In this document: in pieces, positions 48,108 to 55,917 of the stretch
How positions within the stretch are numbered: the stretch's first letter is position 1
Layout of the letters: each line of letters opens with the position of its first letter
Origin: Opitutales bacterium
GTDB taxonomy: Bacteria; Verrucomicrobiota; Verrucomicrobiia; Opitutales; Opitutaceae
Assembly (NCBI GenBank): GCA_038206205.1
Contig: JBBRBC010000012.1
Span: 2,518-66,517, forward strand
Reading direction: 5' to 3'
Length of the DNA stretch: 64,000 nt
The notes under the pieces: generated by a model
Database searches by the model: none
What the model was told of the DNA's origin: nothing
Seen by the model: the letters and a program-made list of their open reading frames with translations, nothing else
Position numbers and translations under genes: made by a program

Positions 48108-48388
48108 ATTCTCTTTGGGTCCGATACCCCGGAGCTCGCTTCGGTTTGGTTGGGAAGTGGCACGGGTCTTCTGCCCCGTGAGGGAAGGGATCGCGGGTCC
48201 AGAGACCCGTGGTACGACAGCGGCGATGAACGAGGGTTGGCCTGAGGGGTTTGATCAAAAATCCGGAGCTTGCTACGGGGATCTTTACTCTCAACTGCTC
48301 GTTTTTTTAATTCTTCCCTGAAAAATCAGTGAGCGGATGCATCTGGCAAAATCGAGTCTTCCCTCGGGGAACGCCGAGAATGAATCCA
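48108..48388 (+). repeat. Duplicated module pair A1-B1
   Basis: A1 (48108-48295) aligns with A2 (48702-48853). B1 (48296-48388) aligns with B2 (48588-48679). Confidence 0.85.
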
Positions 48389-48398
48389 TTTCCCCCCG

Positions 48399-48492
48399 GC
48401 CACAAGTACCCTAATAGGGTACTTGTGGCTTACCCAATTTTCCTGCGGGAGAGGTAATTCACAAATAACCCAATAGGTTACTTTGCCGTTGG
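48399..48492 (-). repeat. Composite double-palindrome element R1, copy C (inverted orientation)
   Basis: The reverse complement reads CCAACGGCAAAGTAACCTATTGGGTTATTTGTGAATT, a spacer, then AAGCCACAAGTACCCTATTAGGGTACTTGTGGC. Confidence 0.9.
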
Positions 48493-48587
48493 TCGCGACT
48501 GCTGGCTTGCCTAGCAGTCAGGAGTTTTATCTGACTGCTTCGAGCAAGTCACTCCGCGCCTCAGCGCCAAGGCGGATTCATTCCATG

Positions 48588-48853
48588 CTGCTCGTTTTTA
48601 ATTCTTCACTGAAGAATCAGGGAGCGGACGGAGCTGGCAAAATCGAGTCTTCCCTCGGGGAACGCCGAGAATGAATCCACCCGGGTGAGCTGGAGGGATT
48701 GATTCTCTTTGGGTCCGATACCCCGGAGCTCGCTCCGGTTTGGTGGGGAAGTGGCACGGGTCACGAGACCTGTGCCACGACAGCGGTGATGAACGAGGGT
48801 TGGCCTGAGGGGTTTGATTAAATACTCTGGTGCTTGCTCCGGGGTTCTTTACT
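48588..48853 (+). repeat. Duplicated module pair B2-A2
   Basis: Same modules as A1-B1 but in the order B then A, joined by a 22-nt linker. Confidence 0.85.
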
Positions 48854-48980
48854 TGGGCTAAAGCCAAAAACAGTGGTTTCCTGATGAGGAGTATTTGAAG
48901 CGGTGATATTCTTGAAGGAATGATGTCCGCCGTATTGCGGTCTTGCCGAGCAGGGGTGCAGGTGTTTGCCTCGGGGTCTT

Positions 48981-49712
48981 ATGGGACGTCAATGGCTCCA
49001 TGCAAAACGCGCGATCGTTAACCTCAAGAAAGGTCAGACGGTCGGCAAACTCGTCAAAGAAATCACGGTCGCAGCCAAACTCGGCGGCGGCGATCCGACC
49101 GGGAATGCCCGGTTGCACGCCGTCCTCGAAAAGGCGCGCAAGGCCAACGTTACCCGCGACGTGATCGAGCGCGCCATTGCCAAAGGCACCGGGGTGGGCG
49201 GCGATAAAATCGTCATGGACCACATCGTCTATGAAGGTTACGCGCCGCACAAAGTGCCGGTGATTATCGAAGTCTATACGGATAATCCTCAGCGCACGGC
49301 ACCCGAGGTCCGGAATGTATTCAGGCGCGGGGTTTTGGGAGCGGGTGGCAGCAATAAATTTTTGTTTGATCACGTGGGGATTGTGGAAGCGTACACGACC
49401 GCAGCGGCCGCCGATCTCGAAGCGGCGGCCATCGAGGCGGGCGCGAATGATTTCAGCCCATTGAGCCATGCGCAGAATGACGATATTCCCGAGGGTGTCA
49501 CCGGCGCGCACTTTGTCACGGAGCGTACCGCGGTGCATGCGGTTTCAGTCTGGTTGAAGGCGAATGGCTGGCATGTGATCACCAGTGAAATCGGCTACGT
49601 GGCGAAACAATACCCGGAATTGACGGACGCTTTCCGCGCGGACGTTGGGGAATTTCTTCAGGATTTGGAGGAGCTCGACGACGTCCAGCGCGTCTGGGCG
49701 GCGGTGAAATAA
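48981..49712 (+). CDS. yebC: YebC/PmpR-family transcriptional regulator
   Basis: MGRQWLHAKRAIVNLKKGQTVGKLVKEITVAAKLGGGDPTGNARL ... is the YebC-family pattern. ATG at 48981. Confidence 0.88.
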   Translation: MGRQWLHAKRAIVNLKKGQTVGKLVKEITVAAKLGGGDPTGNARLHAVLEKARKANVTRDVIERAIAKGTGVGGDKIVMDHIVYEGYAPHKVPVIIEVYTDNPQRTAPEVRNVFRRGVLGAGGSNKFLFDHVGIVEAYTTAAAADLEAAAIEAGANDFSPLSHAQNDDIPEGVTGAHFVTERTAVHAVSVWLKANGWHVITSEIGYVAKQYPELTDAFRADVGEFLQDLEELDDVQRVWAAVK

Positions 49713-49716
49713 AAAA

Positions 49717-49748
49717 ATCCGCGCCCGTTAAGGCGCGGATTATTTTTT
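49717..49748. terminator. Bidirectional intrinsic terminator
   Basis: A7-ATCCGCGCC-cgttaa-GGCGCGGAT-TATTTTTT, with U-tracts available on both strands. Confidence 0.8.
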
Positions 49749-49777
49749 AAAAACGTCGGCCCGTTTTAAACGGGCCG
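49746..49777 (-). terminator. Intrinsic terminator for the minus-strand micro-ORF
   Basis: Minus strand reads CGGCCCG-tttaaaa-CGGGCCG followed by ACGTTTTT. Confidence 0.6.
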
Positions 49778-49803
49778 GCGGTGGGGGAAAAAGTAACCAA
49801 AGG

Positions 49804-49854
49804 TTACTTCTTCTTCTTCTTAGCAACTTTCTTAGCAGGTTGTTTCTTAGCCAT
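49804..49854 (-). CDS. Candidate 16-aa lysine-rich micro-protein
   Basis: ATG GCT AAG AAA CAA CCT GCT AAG AAA GTT GCT AAG AAG AAG AAG AAG TAA encodes MAKKQPAKKVAKKKKK. An AT-rich TATAAAT lies about 10 nt upstream, and two hairpin terminators follow. It is too short for the ORF track. Speculative. Confidence 0.3.
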   Translation of the reverse strand: MAKKQPAKKVAKKKKK

Positions 49855-49925
49855 GGGAAAATATTTATACGAGATCGCGCCAAGAAGCACGACATTTTTT
49901 CATGACGGAGTTTTGTGCGCTGAAT

Positions 49926-51617
49926 TCAGCGTCCGAATAATGCGGCGAGTTCGCGCAAATATTCCGAAGTGGGGCCGTTGAGCCGGTCGAGTTGTTCGCG
50001 TGTGCAACGCCAATGCCAGTTGCCATCCGCGCGACCGGGTGAGTTGAAACGTGCTTCAGTTCCGAGTGAAAGCAGGTCGGGCAACGTGACGACGGCGAGT
50101 CGTGCCGGAGAAGCAAAGGCCGAGCGAATGAAGTCCCACGGAATTTCCGCCCCGCTGATCCGCAGATAACAATTCACGTGGTCGCGGGCTTTGTCGTTGA
50201 GTGCGCGATACCAGCCGAGCGAGGTGTCGTTGTCGTGCGTGCCGGGATAAACGGCGGCATTTTGCGTATGCAGGTGAGGGAGGTAGGTGTTGGTGGCGTC
50301 GCCGCCGAAGGCGAATTGGAGCACGACCATGCCGGGCAGACCGGTGTCGTGGAGGAGTTGGCGGACGGAATCTGTCAGGAGGCCGAGATCTTCGGCGATG
50401 ATACGGGCCGAGGGAAAACGACGTTGGATCGCGGCGAAAAGGGCGAGTCCGGGCCCAGCGGTCCACGTGCCGCGACGCGCGGTCTTGGCGGGGGAAGGAA
50501 TGCGCCAATAAGAATCGAAACCGCGGAAGTGATCGATGCGGACGATATCGTAGAGCGCGAAGGAGGCTTCCAAGCGCGCGAGCCACCAGTGGTACCCGTC
50601 GGCGGCGTGGGTTTTCCAGCGGTAGAGTGGATTGCCCCAGAGTTGGCCATCAGCGGAAAAATAATCCGGGGGCACCCCGGCCACGGCGAGCGGCCGACCG
50701 GTTTGCGCATCGAGTTCGAAGAGATGCGGTGCGGCCCACGCATCGGCTGAATCGCCGGCGACAAAGATGGGCAAATCGCCGATGATCGAGATCCCGCGAG
50801 TCTGGGCGGCGGCGTGAATTTGGGTCCACTGGCCGAAGAACAAATATTGCGTGAAGGCGTGGGCGTCGATCGCGGTCGCGAGTTTTTGGTAGAGCGGAGA
50901 GTGGCGGGCGGTCTGGTGTTGGCGGACATCGGCGGGCCAGTTTTGCCACGCAGTGCCACCGAAGTGATCTTTCAATGATCGAAAATAGCCGTATGCATCG
51001 AGCCAACTGGCGTGCTGTTGCTTGAAGGCGGAAAAATCACCGTAGGGCAGCGCAGGTTTGTTTTCAAGGAAGCGGCGGTGCGCGGTGTAGAGCAGCGGCC
51101 ATTTCAGTTGAAAGAGCGCGCCGTAGTCGACGCGCTCAGCGGGTAAGGCCGCGAGCGGAGCCAGTTCTTCTTTCGTCAGCAAGCCTGCCGAAACGAGAAC
51201 GGTAAGATCGATGAGCAGGGGATTGCCCGCAAAAGCTGAGAAGCATTGGTACGGGGAATCACCGTAGCCGGTGGGGCCGAGGGGACAAATCTGCCAGTGC
51301 TTGAAACCCGCATTTTTCAACTGATCGAGAAAGGAGATCAGGTTTTCATCCAAGGTTCCGATGCCGTGGGCGCCGGGAAGACAGGTGGGATGGAGCAGGA
51401 CGCCTGCGCTACGATCTTTTAGCCAATTAAAAAGCGGCAAGGCGGCAGTCGTAGGGAGCGGTGGAGTGGGTGGCTTGGGGACCGGGGGCCGGGAGGAGAT
51501 TTTAATCGGGGCAGTCGAAAGGGGGCGAACGGGCGCTTTTTCTATCGCGGCTTTTTGGGGAGCAGGCAGACGCTTGGGCTTAGCGGGCGAGGTGGGCTGG
51601 GAACGAGAAGACTTCAT
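49926..51617 (-). CDS. malQ: 4-alpha-glucanotransferase (amylomaltase, GH77) with Pro-rich N-terminal extension
   Basis: GVLLHPTCLPGAHGIGTL ... and the GH77 catalytic region (RIDHFRGF, IIAEDLG). N-terminal about 60 aa are Pro/Lys-rich. Confidence 0.9.
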   Translation of the reverse strand: MKSSRSQPTSPAKPKRLPAPQKAAIEKAPVRPLSTAPIKISSRPPVPKPPTPPLPTTAALPLFNWLKDRSAGVLLHPTCLPGAHGIGTLDENLISFLDQLKNAGFKHWQICPLGPTGYGDSPYQCFSAFAGNPLLIDLTVLVSAGLLTKEELAPLAALPAERVDYGALFQLKWPLLYTAHRRFLENKPALPYGDFSAFKQQHASWLDAYGYFRSLKDHFGGTAWQNWPADVRQHQTARHSPLYQKLATAIDAHAFTQYLFFGQWTQIHAAAQTRGISIIGDLPIFVAGDSADAWAAPHLFELDAQTGRPLAVAGVPPDYFSADGQLWGNPLYRWKTHAADGYHWWLARLEASFALYDIVRIDHFRGFDSYWRIPSPAKTARRGTWTAGPGLALFAAIQRRFPSARIIAEDLGLLTDSVRQLLHDTGLPGMVVLQFAFGGDATNTYLPHLHTQNAAVYPGTHDNDTSLGWYRALNDKARDHVNCYLRISGAEIPWDFIRSAFASPARLAVVTLPDLLSLGTEARFNSPGRADGNWHWRCTREQLDRLNGPTSEYLRELAALFGR

Positions 51618-51778
51618 AACGGGTGGGATCGAAGGACGACGACGTTGGTCACGCGTTCAGCAAAGCCGGAAAACACGGCAAGAACGAGGATGATTTCGAC
51701 CGGAGTGGGAAGAGTATCAAGCAGGATTCACCTGATTATTTCTCCTACTGGACGCAACCGCCCACGTTGTTCAGCAGC

Positions 51779-52174
51779 TCAAGTCGCGGGTTCAGCGGAC
51801 GCCGGTGGCGCTTCCAAGGTGGCTTTGACTGCCTCCAAGAGCTCTTGGGGACTGAACGGTTTTCTTAACACCCGGTCAGCGCCAAAGCGGGTCGCCATGT
51901 GGAGATAAAGCTTGGGATCGTAGGCGAAGCCGCCGGACATCGCGATGATCTTAACCGTGGGGTTAAGTTTTCGCAGCTCGAGAATAGTGGCGAGACCCTC
52001 CTTCTCCGGCATGACAAGATCAGTAAGCACGAGATCGGCCGCCTTGAATCGGTACATTTCCATTCCTTCGACGCCATTGGAGGCCTGCCGGATATCATGG
52101 GCACCCCGGGCTAACATCGCGGCGATCGTCGGGCGGACGTCGTCGTCATCATCAATTAGAAGTATGGAGGCCAT
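51779..52174 (-). CDS. Single-domain (CheY-like) response regulator
   Basis: ILLIDDDDDVRP, DLVMPEKEG and K in LRKPF. 131 aa. Confidence 0.88.
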   Translation of the reverse strand: MASILLIDDDDDVRPTIAAMLARGAHDIRQASNGVEGMEMYRFKAADLVLTDLVMPEKEGLATILELRKLNPTVKIIAMSGGFAYDPKLYLHMATRFGADRVLRKPFSPQELLEAVKATLEAPPASAEPAT

Positions 52175-52795
52175 GGGGTGGGAAAATCTAGTGGAGTCGT
52201 AGGTTGGGCCGTTATGGCGTCTACGCCAATGATAATTACGTGGGGGAAAAATTATCGCTGAATCAATTCATGGGTGGGTCGACAAGGAGATTAGCGGGAG
52301 GCGAGAATGATGGGCAAACCGACCACCCTATGGGAGGTGATGCGAGGGTTGTTAGCTCTATTGTTAGCTCAAACTGGCTTGATTCTTTTTCCGGTAACCA
52401 ACGGGTGATTTTGGCACGGACTGAATCATGGCGCGGGGCTTTTTAAGCGGCTTTTTCTTCGGCGGCTGCGGCGACGATCGCCCGGTTTTACCGGAGTTTG
52501 AGGGGGGGGCGAGCAGCCAGAGGTTGTGCGGGAGCATCGCCCACTCACCGCGCGTTCGCGGCCGGCAAATCCTTTCGCGCGGCAGGGCTGCCGGCGAAAC
52601 AGTGCTGGAAGATCGCGATGCGCGCCTCGGTGGTGTCGCGGCGACGGAGGTCGGCGCAAATGATACGACAATTTAATAATGATGAAAAACCAATGATTGC
52701 GACCTATCGCCTTCACCCACTTTTCGCGTGATCGTTGGTCCTTGGCTGCGGTTAAAAATTCGGCGACGCGCGAGCCCATTTTGCCTCGCTCGCCC

Positions 52796-52947
52796 ACGGC
52801 GGATTTTTGCACGGTCTTTCGCGCTGGAGGAGCGGTTTTACGCCGCGATGGAAATCCGCATACACTGGATCGCGGCATAAAGCCGCTCCTGCAAGAGGGA
52901 TTCGACGGGTCAATTCCGCGCCAGCTCGCCGTGCAAAAATCCGCCGT
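52796..52947. repeat. 152-bp nested palindrome (MITE-like)
   Basis: Perfect 19-bp termini ACGGCGGATTTTTGCACGG / CCGTGCAAAAATCCGCCGT. Inner 22-bp arms at 52828-52849 / 52869-52890. TCGCTCGC is present just outside both ends. Confidence 0.8.
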
Positions 52948-53086
52948 ATCGCTCGCTTCGCAAGAGCGATTCGTGCTCGCGTTGTGGAGCGACTTCGCGA
53001 ACCTTTTTGGCCCCCCCCTCTAATTCGGTTTAAAACATTAGCCAGCGTTCTTCATCGAATTTTCCTTAACCGCAGGAATATCCCCA

Positions 53087-55027
53087 ATGAAAATCACGCT
53101 GCTAAAATCACTCCTCGATCTGACCGGTCAGATCGCCTATGAACTCGAGATCACGAGCGGTCTCGTCACGTGGTACGGCACCCAGGCCATCGAGCCCATC
53201 ACCGGTTATACTACGGAAGAAATCACCGGGGACGGGTTGGCCGGCTGGCAGACCTTGGTGCATCCCGATGATCAAACAACCGTCCGCGTCTGGGAGAAAA
53301 ACAGTCTTATTACCAGTGAGCCTTTTCACGCGGAATACCGTCTGCGCCATAAAGACGGGAGTTATCGTATGCTGGTTGAGCAGGGAGCAGTGCGCCGCGA
53401 TGAAACCGGCCAAGCCACTCAGGTGATTGGGTGCATCAGCGACATTACCGAGCGCGTGCAAGTGAACGCCGCCCTTGTACGGGAGCGCGCGTTGCTCCGC
53501 CAGATCATCGACCTCGTGCCGCATTTCATTTTTGCCAAAGATAGCGGCGGAAAATATATCTTGGCGAACAAAGCGGTGGCAGAGGGCTATGGCACCACGG
53601 TGGAGGGGCTGATTGGCAAGACCGACGCCGATTTCTCCGCTCGCGCGCATGAGGTGAAGCGCTTTCGCTCCGATGATCTTGAGGTGATCCGCAATGGCCG
53701 CATCAAGATAATCCCGGAGGAAACCACGACCGATGCGACCGGTAACGTGCGGATTCTTTCCACCATCAAGATCCCGTTTCTATTCGAGCACGCCGAGATT
53801 CCCGCAGTTTTGGGCGTGTGCGTGGATATTACCGATCTGAAAAAGGCCGATGAGCACCGGCAGAAAATTGACCGAAAACTACTGGAGACGCAGAAATTGG
53901 AAAGCCTCGGCGTGTTGGCTGGCGGCATTGCCCACGATTTCAACAATCTCCTGACGGGGATTTTGGGCAACGCCAGCTTGGCGCGCATGGATTTGCCTCC
54001 GGAATCGCCCCTTTTATCGTACGTTGAACAAATCGAACAAGCGGCCCATCGCGCCGCCGATTTGTGCAAGCAGATGCTCGCGTACTCCGGCAAGGGCCGT
54101 TTCGTGGTGCAGCACTTGAGTTTGAATCAGCTGATTGAAGAAACCACGCACCTGCTCAATATCTCGATCAGCAAAAATTGTGTGCTCCGATTTAATTTGG
54201 CGAAGGCGCTGCCTGCGATCGAGGCGGATGCCACGCAAATCCGTCAAATCATCATGAATCTGGTGATCAATGCCTCCGAAGCCATCGGCGTGCGCAGTGG
54301 TGTCATTGCCCTCTCGACCGGGGTGGCCCGGGTTGACCACGACTACATCGCCACGCTGTTGCACCCGGGGAAGATTGCGGAGGGTGATTACGTGTTTTTG
54401 GAAGTGAGTGATAATGGCAGTGGCATGAGCGCCGCGACGATCGAGAAGATCTTCGAGCCGTTCTTCACCACCAAATTCACCGGGCGCGGACTTGGGCTGG
54501 CTGCGGTTCTGGGCATCATCCGCGGACACAAGGGCGGCTTGAAAATCTATAGCGAGCTCGGCCACGGGACGACGTTTAAGATTATGCTGCCTTGCGCCAA
54601 CATTTCGTCGGAAGATCTGGATTCTGCGCGCCCGCCGGAGGCAACGTCGTGGCGGGGTCAGGGAACGGTGCTCGTCGTGGACGATGAAGAAACCATTCGG
54701 ACGGTTTCCGCCCGCATTTTGGAGTCGTTGGGGTTTTCGGTGGTCTTGGCTTCCGATGGCCGCGATGCGCTCGAAATCTACCGGCAGGATCCGGCGCGTT
54801 TTGCCGTGGTGCTGCTCGATTTGACCATGCCGCATCTCGACGGTGAAGAAACTTTCCGGCAGCTCCGGCACATTAATCCGGGAGTGAAGGTTGTGCTTAT
54901 GAGCGGTTTTAATCAGCATGACGCCGTGAGTCGTTTCAACGGCAAAGGCCTCGGCGGATTTCTGCAAAAGCCCTTTGAGGTCGGCGGCATTTTGGCTGCT
55001 ATGCAGGAAACCTTGATGAAATCCTGA
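53087..55027 (+). CDS. PAS-PAS hybrid sensor histidine kinase with C-terminal receiver
   Basis: Two PAS-like segments, H-box IAHDFNNLLTGILG, ATPase motifs (DNGSGM, GRGLGLAAV), and a receiver (VLVVDDEETIR ... DLTMPHLDG). Confidence 0.9.
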   Translation: MKITLLKSLLDLTGQIAYELEITSGLVTWYGTQAIEPITGYTTEEITGDGLAGWQTLVHPDDQTTVRVWEKNSLITSEPFHAEYRLRHKDGSYRMLVEQGAVRRDETGQATQVIGCISDITERVQVNAALVRERALLRQIIDLVPHFIFAKDSGGKYILANKAVAEGYGTTVEGLIGKTDADFSARAHEVKRFRSDDLEVIRNGRIKIIPEETTTDATGNVRILSTIKIPFLFEHAEIPAVLGVCVDITDLKKADEHRQKIDRKLLETQKLESLGVLAGGIAHDFNNLLTGILGNASLARMDLPPESPLLSYVEQIEQAAHRAADLCKQMLAYSGKGRFVVQHLSLNQLIEETTHLLNISISKNCVLRFNLAKALPAIEADATQIRQIIMNLVINASEAIGVRSGVIALSTGVARVDHDYIATLLHPGKIAEGDYVFLEVSDNGSGMSAATIEKIFEPFFTTKFTGRGLGLAAVLGIIRGHKGGLKIYSELGHGTTFKIMLPCANISSEDLDSARPPEATSWRGQGTVLVVDDEETIRTVSARILESLGFSVVLASDGRDALEIYRQDPARFAVVLLDLTMPHLDGEETFRQLRHINPGVKVVLMSGFNQHDAVSRFNGKGLGGFLQKPFEVGGILAAMQETLMKS

Positions 55028-55077
55028 GCAACCCGCGACGGCGGCGTCGGCCCTCAACGCTTATGAAAAAACAGCCG

Positions 55078-55597
55078 CAGACCTCCTGATCCCAGCCCGG
55101 GAGAGACTCGGGACGAGAAAACGAGCTGAACCTGTCACGGCGCAAACCGGATGAACGGTATCGAGGCGGAGCGCGACCTTTCGACTTCGCCAAGGCACAG
55201 ACATCCAGACCCCGAGGAATTCGGGTGAGCTCAACTCCGTCGTGAATCGGGATAAAATACATTTAACGCGGAGGACGCGTCCGTTCGACTTTGCTCAGGA
55301 CGGCCTGAGCCTGTCGAATGGCCGGAGAGCGCGGAGCCTGAAGTGATTGTAGCACGGGTCTCCCGACCCGTGTGGGAGGTTTTGCCGGGTGCGTGTAGCC
55401 TCGTTTGAGGGCGCAGCCCGAAAACGGGGCCGGAAGACACCGCGCTTTCGCCTGCGGCTCAAACGCGGCTACACTCCGGCTTCCCCGTGGCGAGTGGCCG
55501 TTGAGGGCAACGGCCGCTACCTGATACCCATCGCCCTGACAGGTTCAGCTCGTTTCCTCGTGCCTCCTTTCTCCACGGGCTGGGATCAGGATGTCTG
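55078..55597. mobile_element. MITE-like element bounded by about 60-bp imperfect inverted repeats
   Basis: The left end CAGACCTCCTGATCCCAGCCCGG...ACGAGCTGAACCTGTCA (55078-55137) is the reverse complement of the right end (55537-55597). No ORF with coding character lies inside. The interior holds an R3 half copy and a CACGGGTC-tccc-GACCCGTG hairpin. Confidence 0.6.
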
Positions 55598-55675
55598 AGG
55601 CGAATGGCGCTAAGTTAAGGAGGTTGGTCGTCATGCTACCGTGCGTGATCAGGCCAACCATTTTGCATGAGGAAG

Positions 55676-55745
55676 GTAGGGCCGGCCCTTGTGGCCGTGC
55701 CGGAGTACGCCACTGAAACGGCACGCCCACAAGGGGCGGTCCTAC
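55676..55745. repeat. Long hairpin (27-bp arms, 3 mismatches) nested inside an 18-bp IR pair (55603-55620 / 55803-55820)
   Basis: GTAGGGCCGGCCCTTGTGGCCGTGCCG ... CGGCACGCCCACAAGGGGCGGTCCTAC. The outer pair is GAATGGCGCTAAGTTAAG / CTTAACTTAGCGCCATTC. Confidence 0.8.
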
Positions 55746-55917
55746 AAAATTCCGCAGCAAATCATCCTAGACGAAACGTCAGGCAGGCGACGATCATGCT
55801 GCTTAACTTAGCGCCATTCAGGTCTGAGGCTGATCGCGGCATGGCACTGGGGTGCCCTCCGCCGCGACCGGATGCCGGTTAATACCAATTCCTCCCGAAA
55901 ATTACACCAGCGCCGGC

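Noticed and set aside
48028-48294. N-terminal 89-aa extension of the EamA transporter ORF (track start at 48294)
   Set aside because: The extension is translated through repeat module A1, and the same 'peptide' (CHFPTKPxRAPGYRTQRE) appears from module A2 in a non-genic context. The transporter sequence proper begins at ATG 48027.
48858-49538. 226-aa minus-strand ORF
   Set aside because: It is entirely antisense to the well-supported yebC-family gene (48981-49712) and its upstream repeats. Its composition is typical of an antisense frame in GC-rich DNA, and it has no recognisable motif.
52200-53086. Several overlapping 70-150-aa ORFs on both strands (e.g. 52426-52878 minus, 52697-53023 plus)
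   Set aside because: They mutually overlap, are Arg/Pro/Gly-rich, span the 152-bp palindrome and homopolymer tracts, and show no motif. I treat the region as non-coding, though a short decayed gene fragment cannot be excluded.
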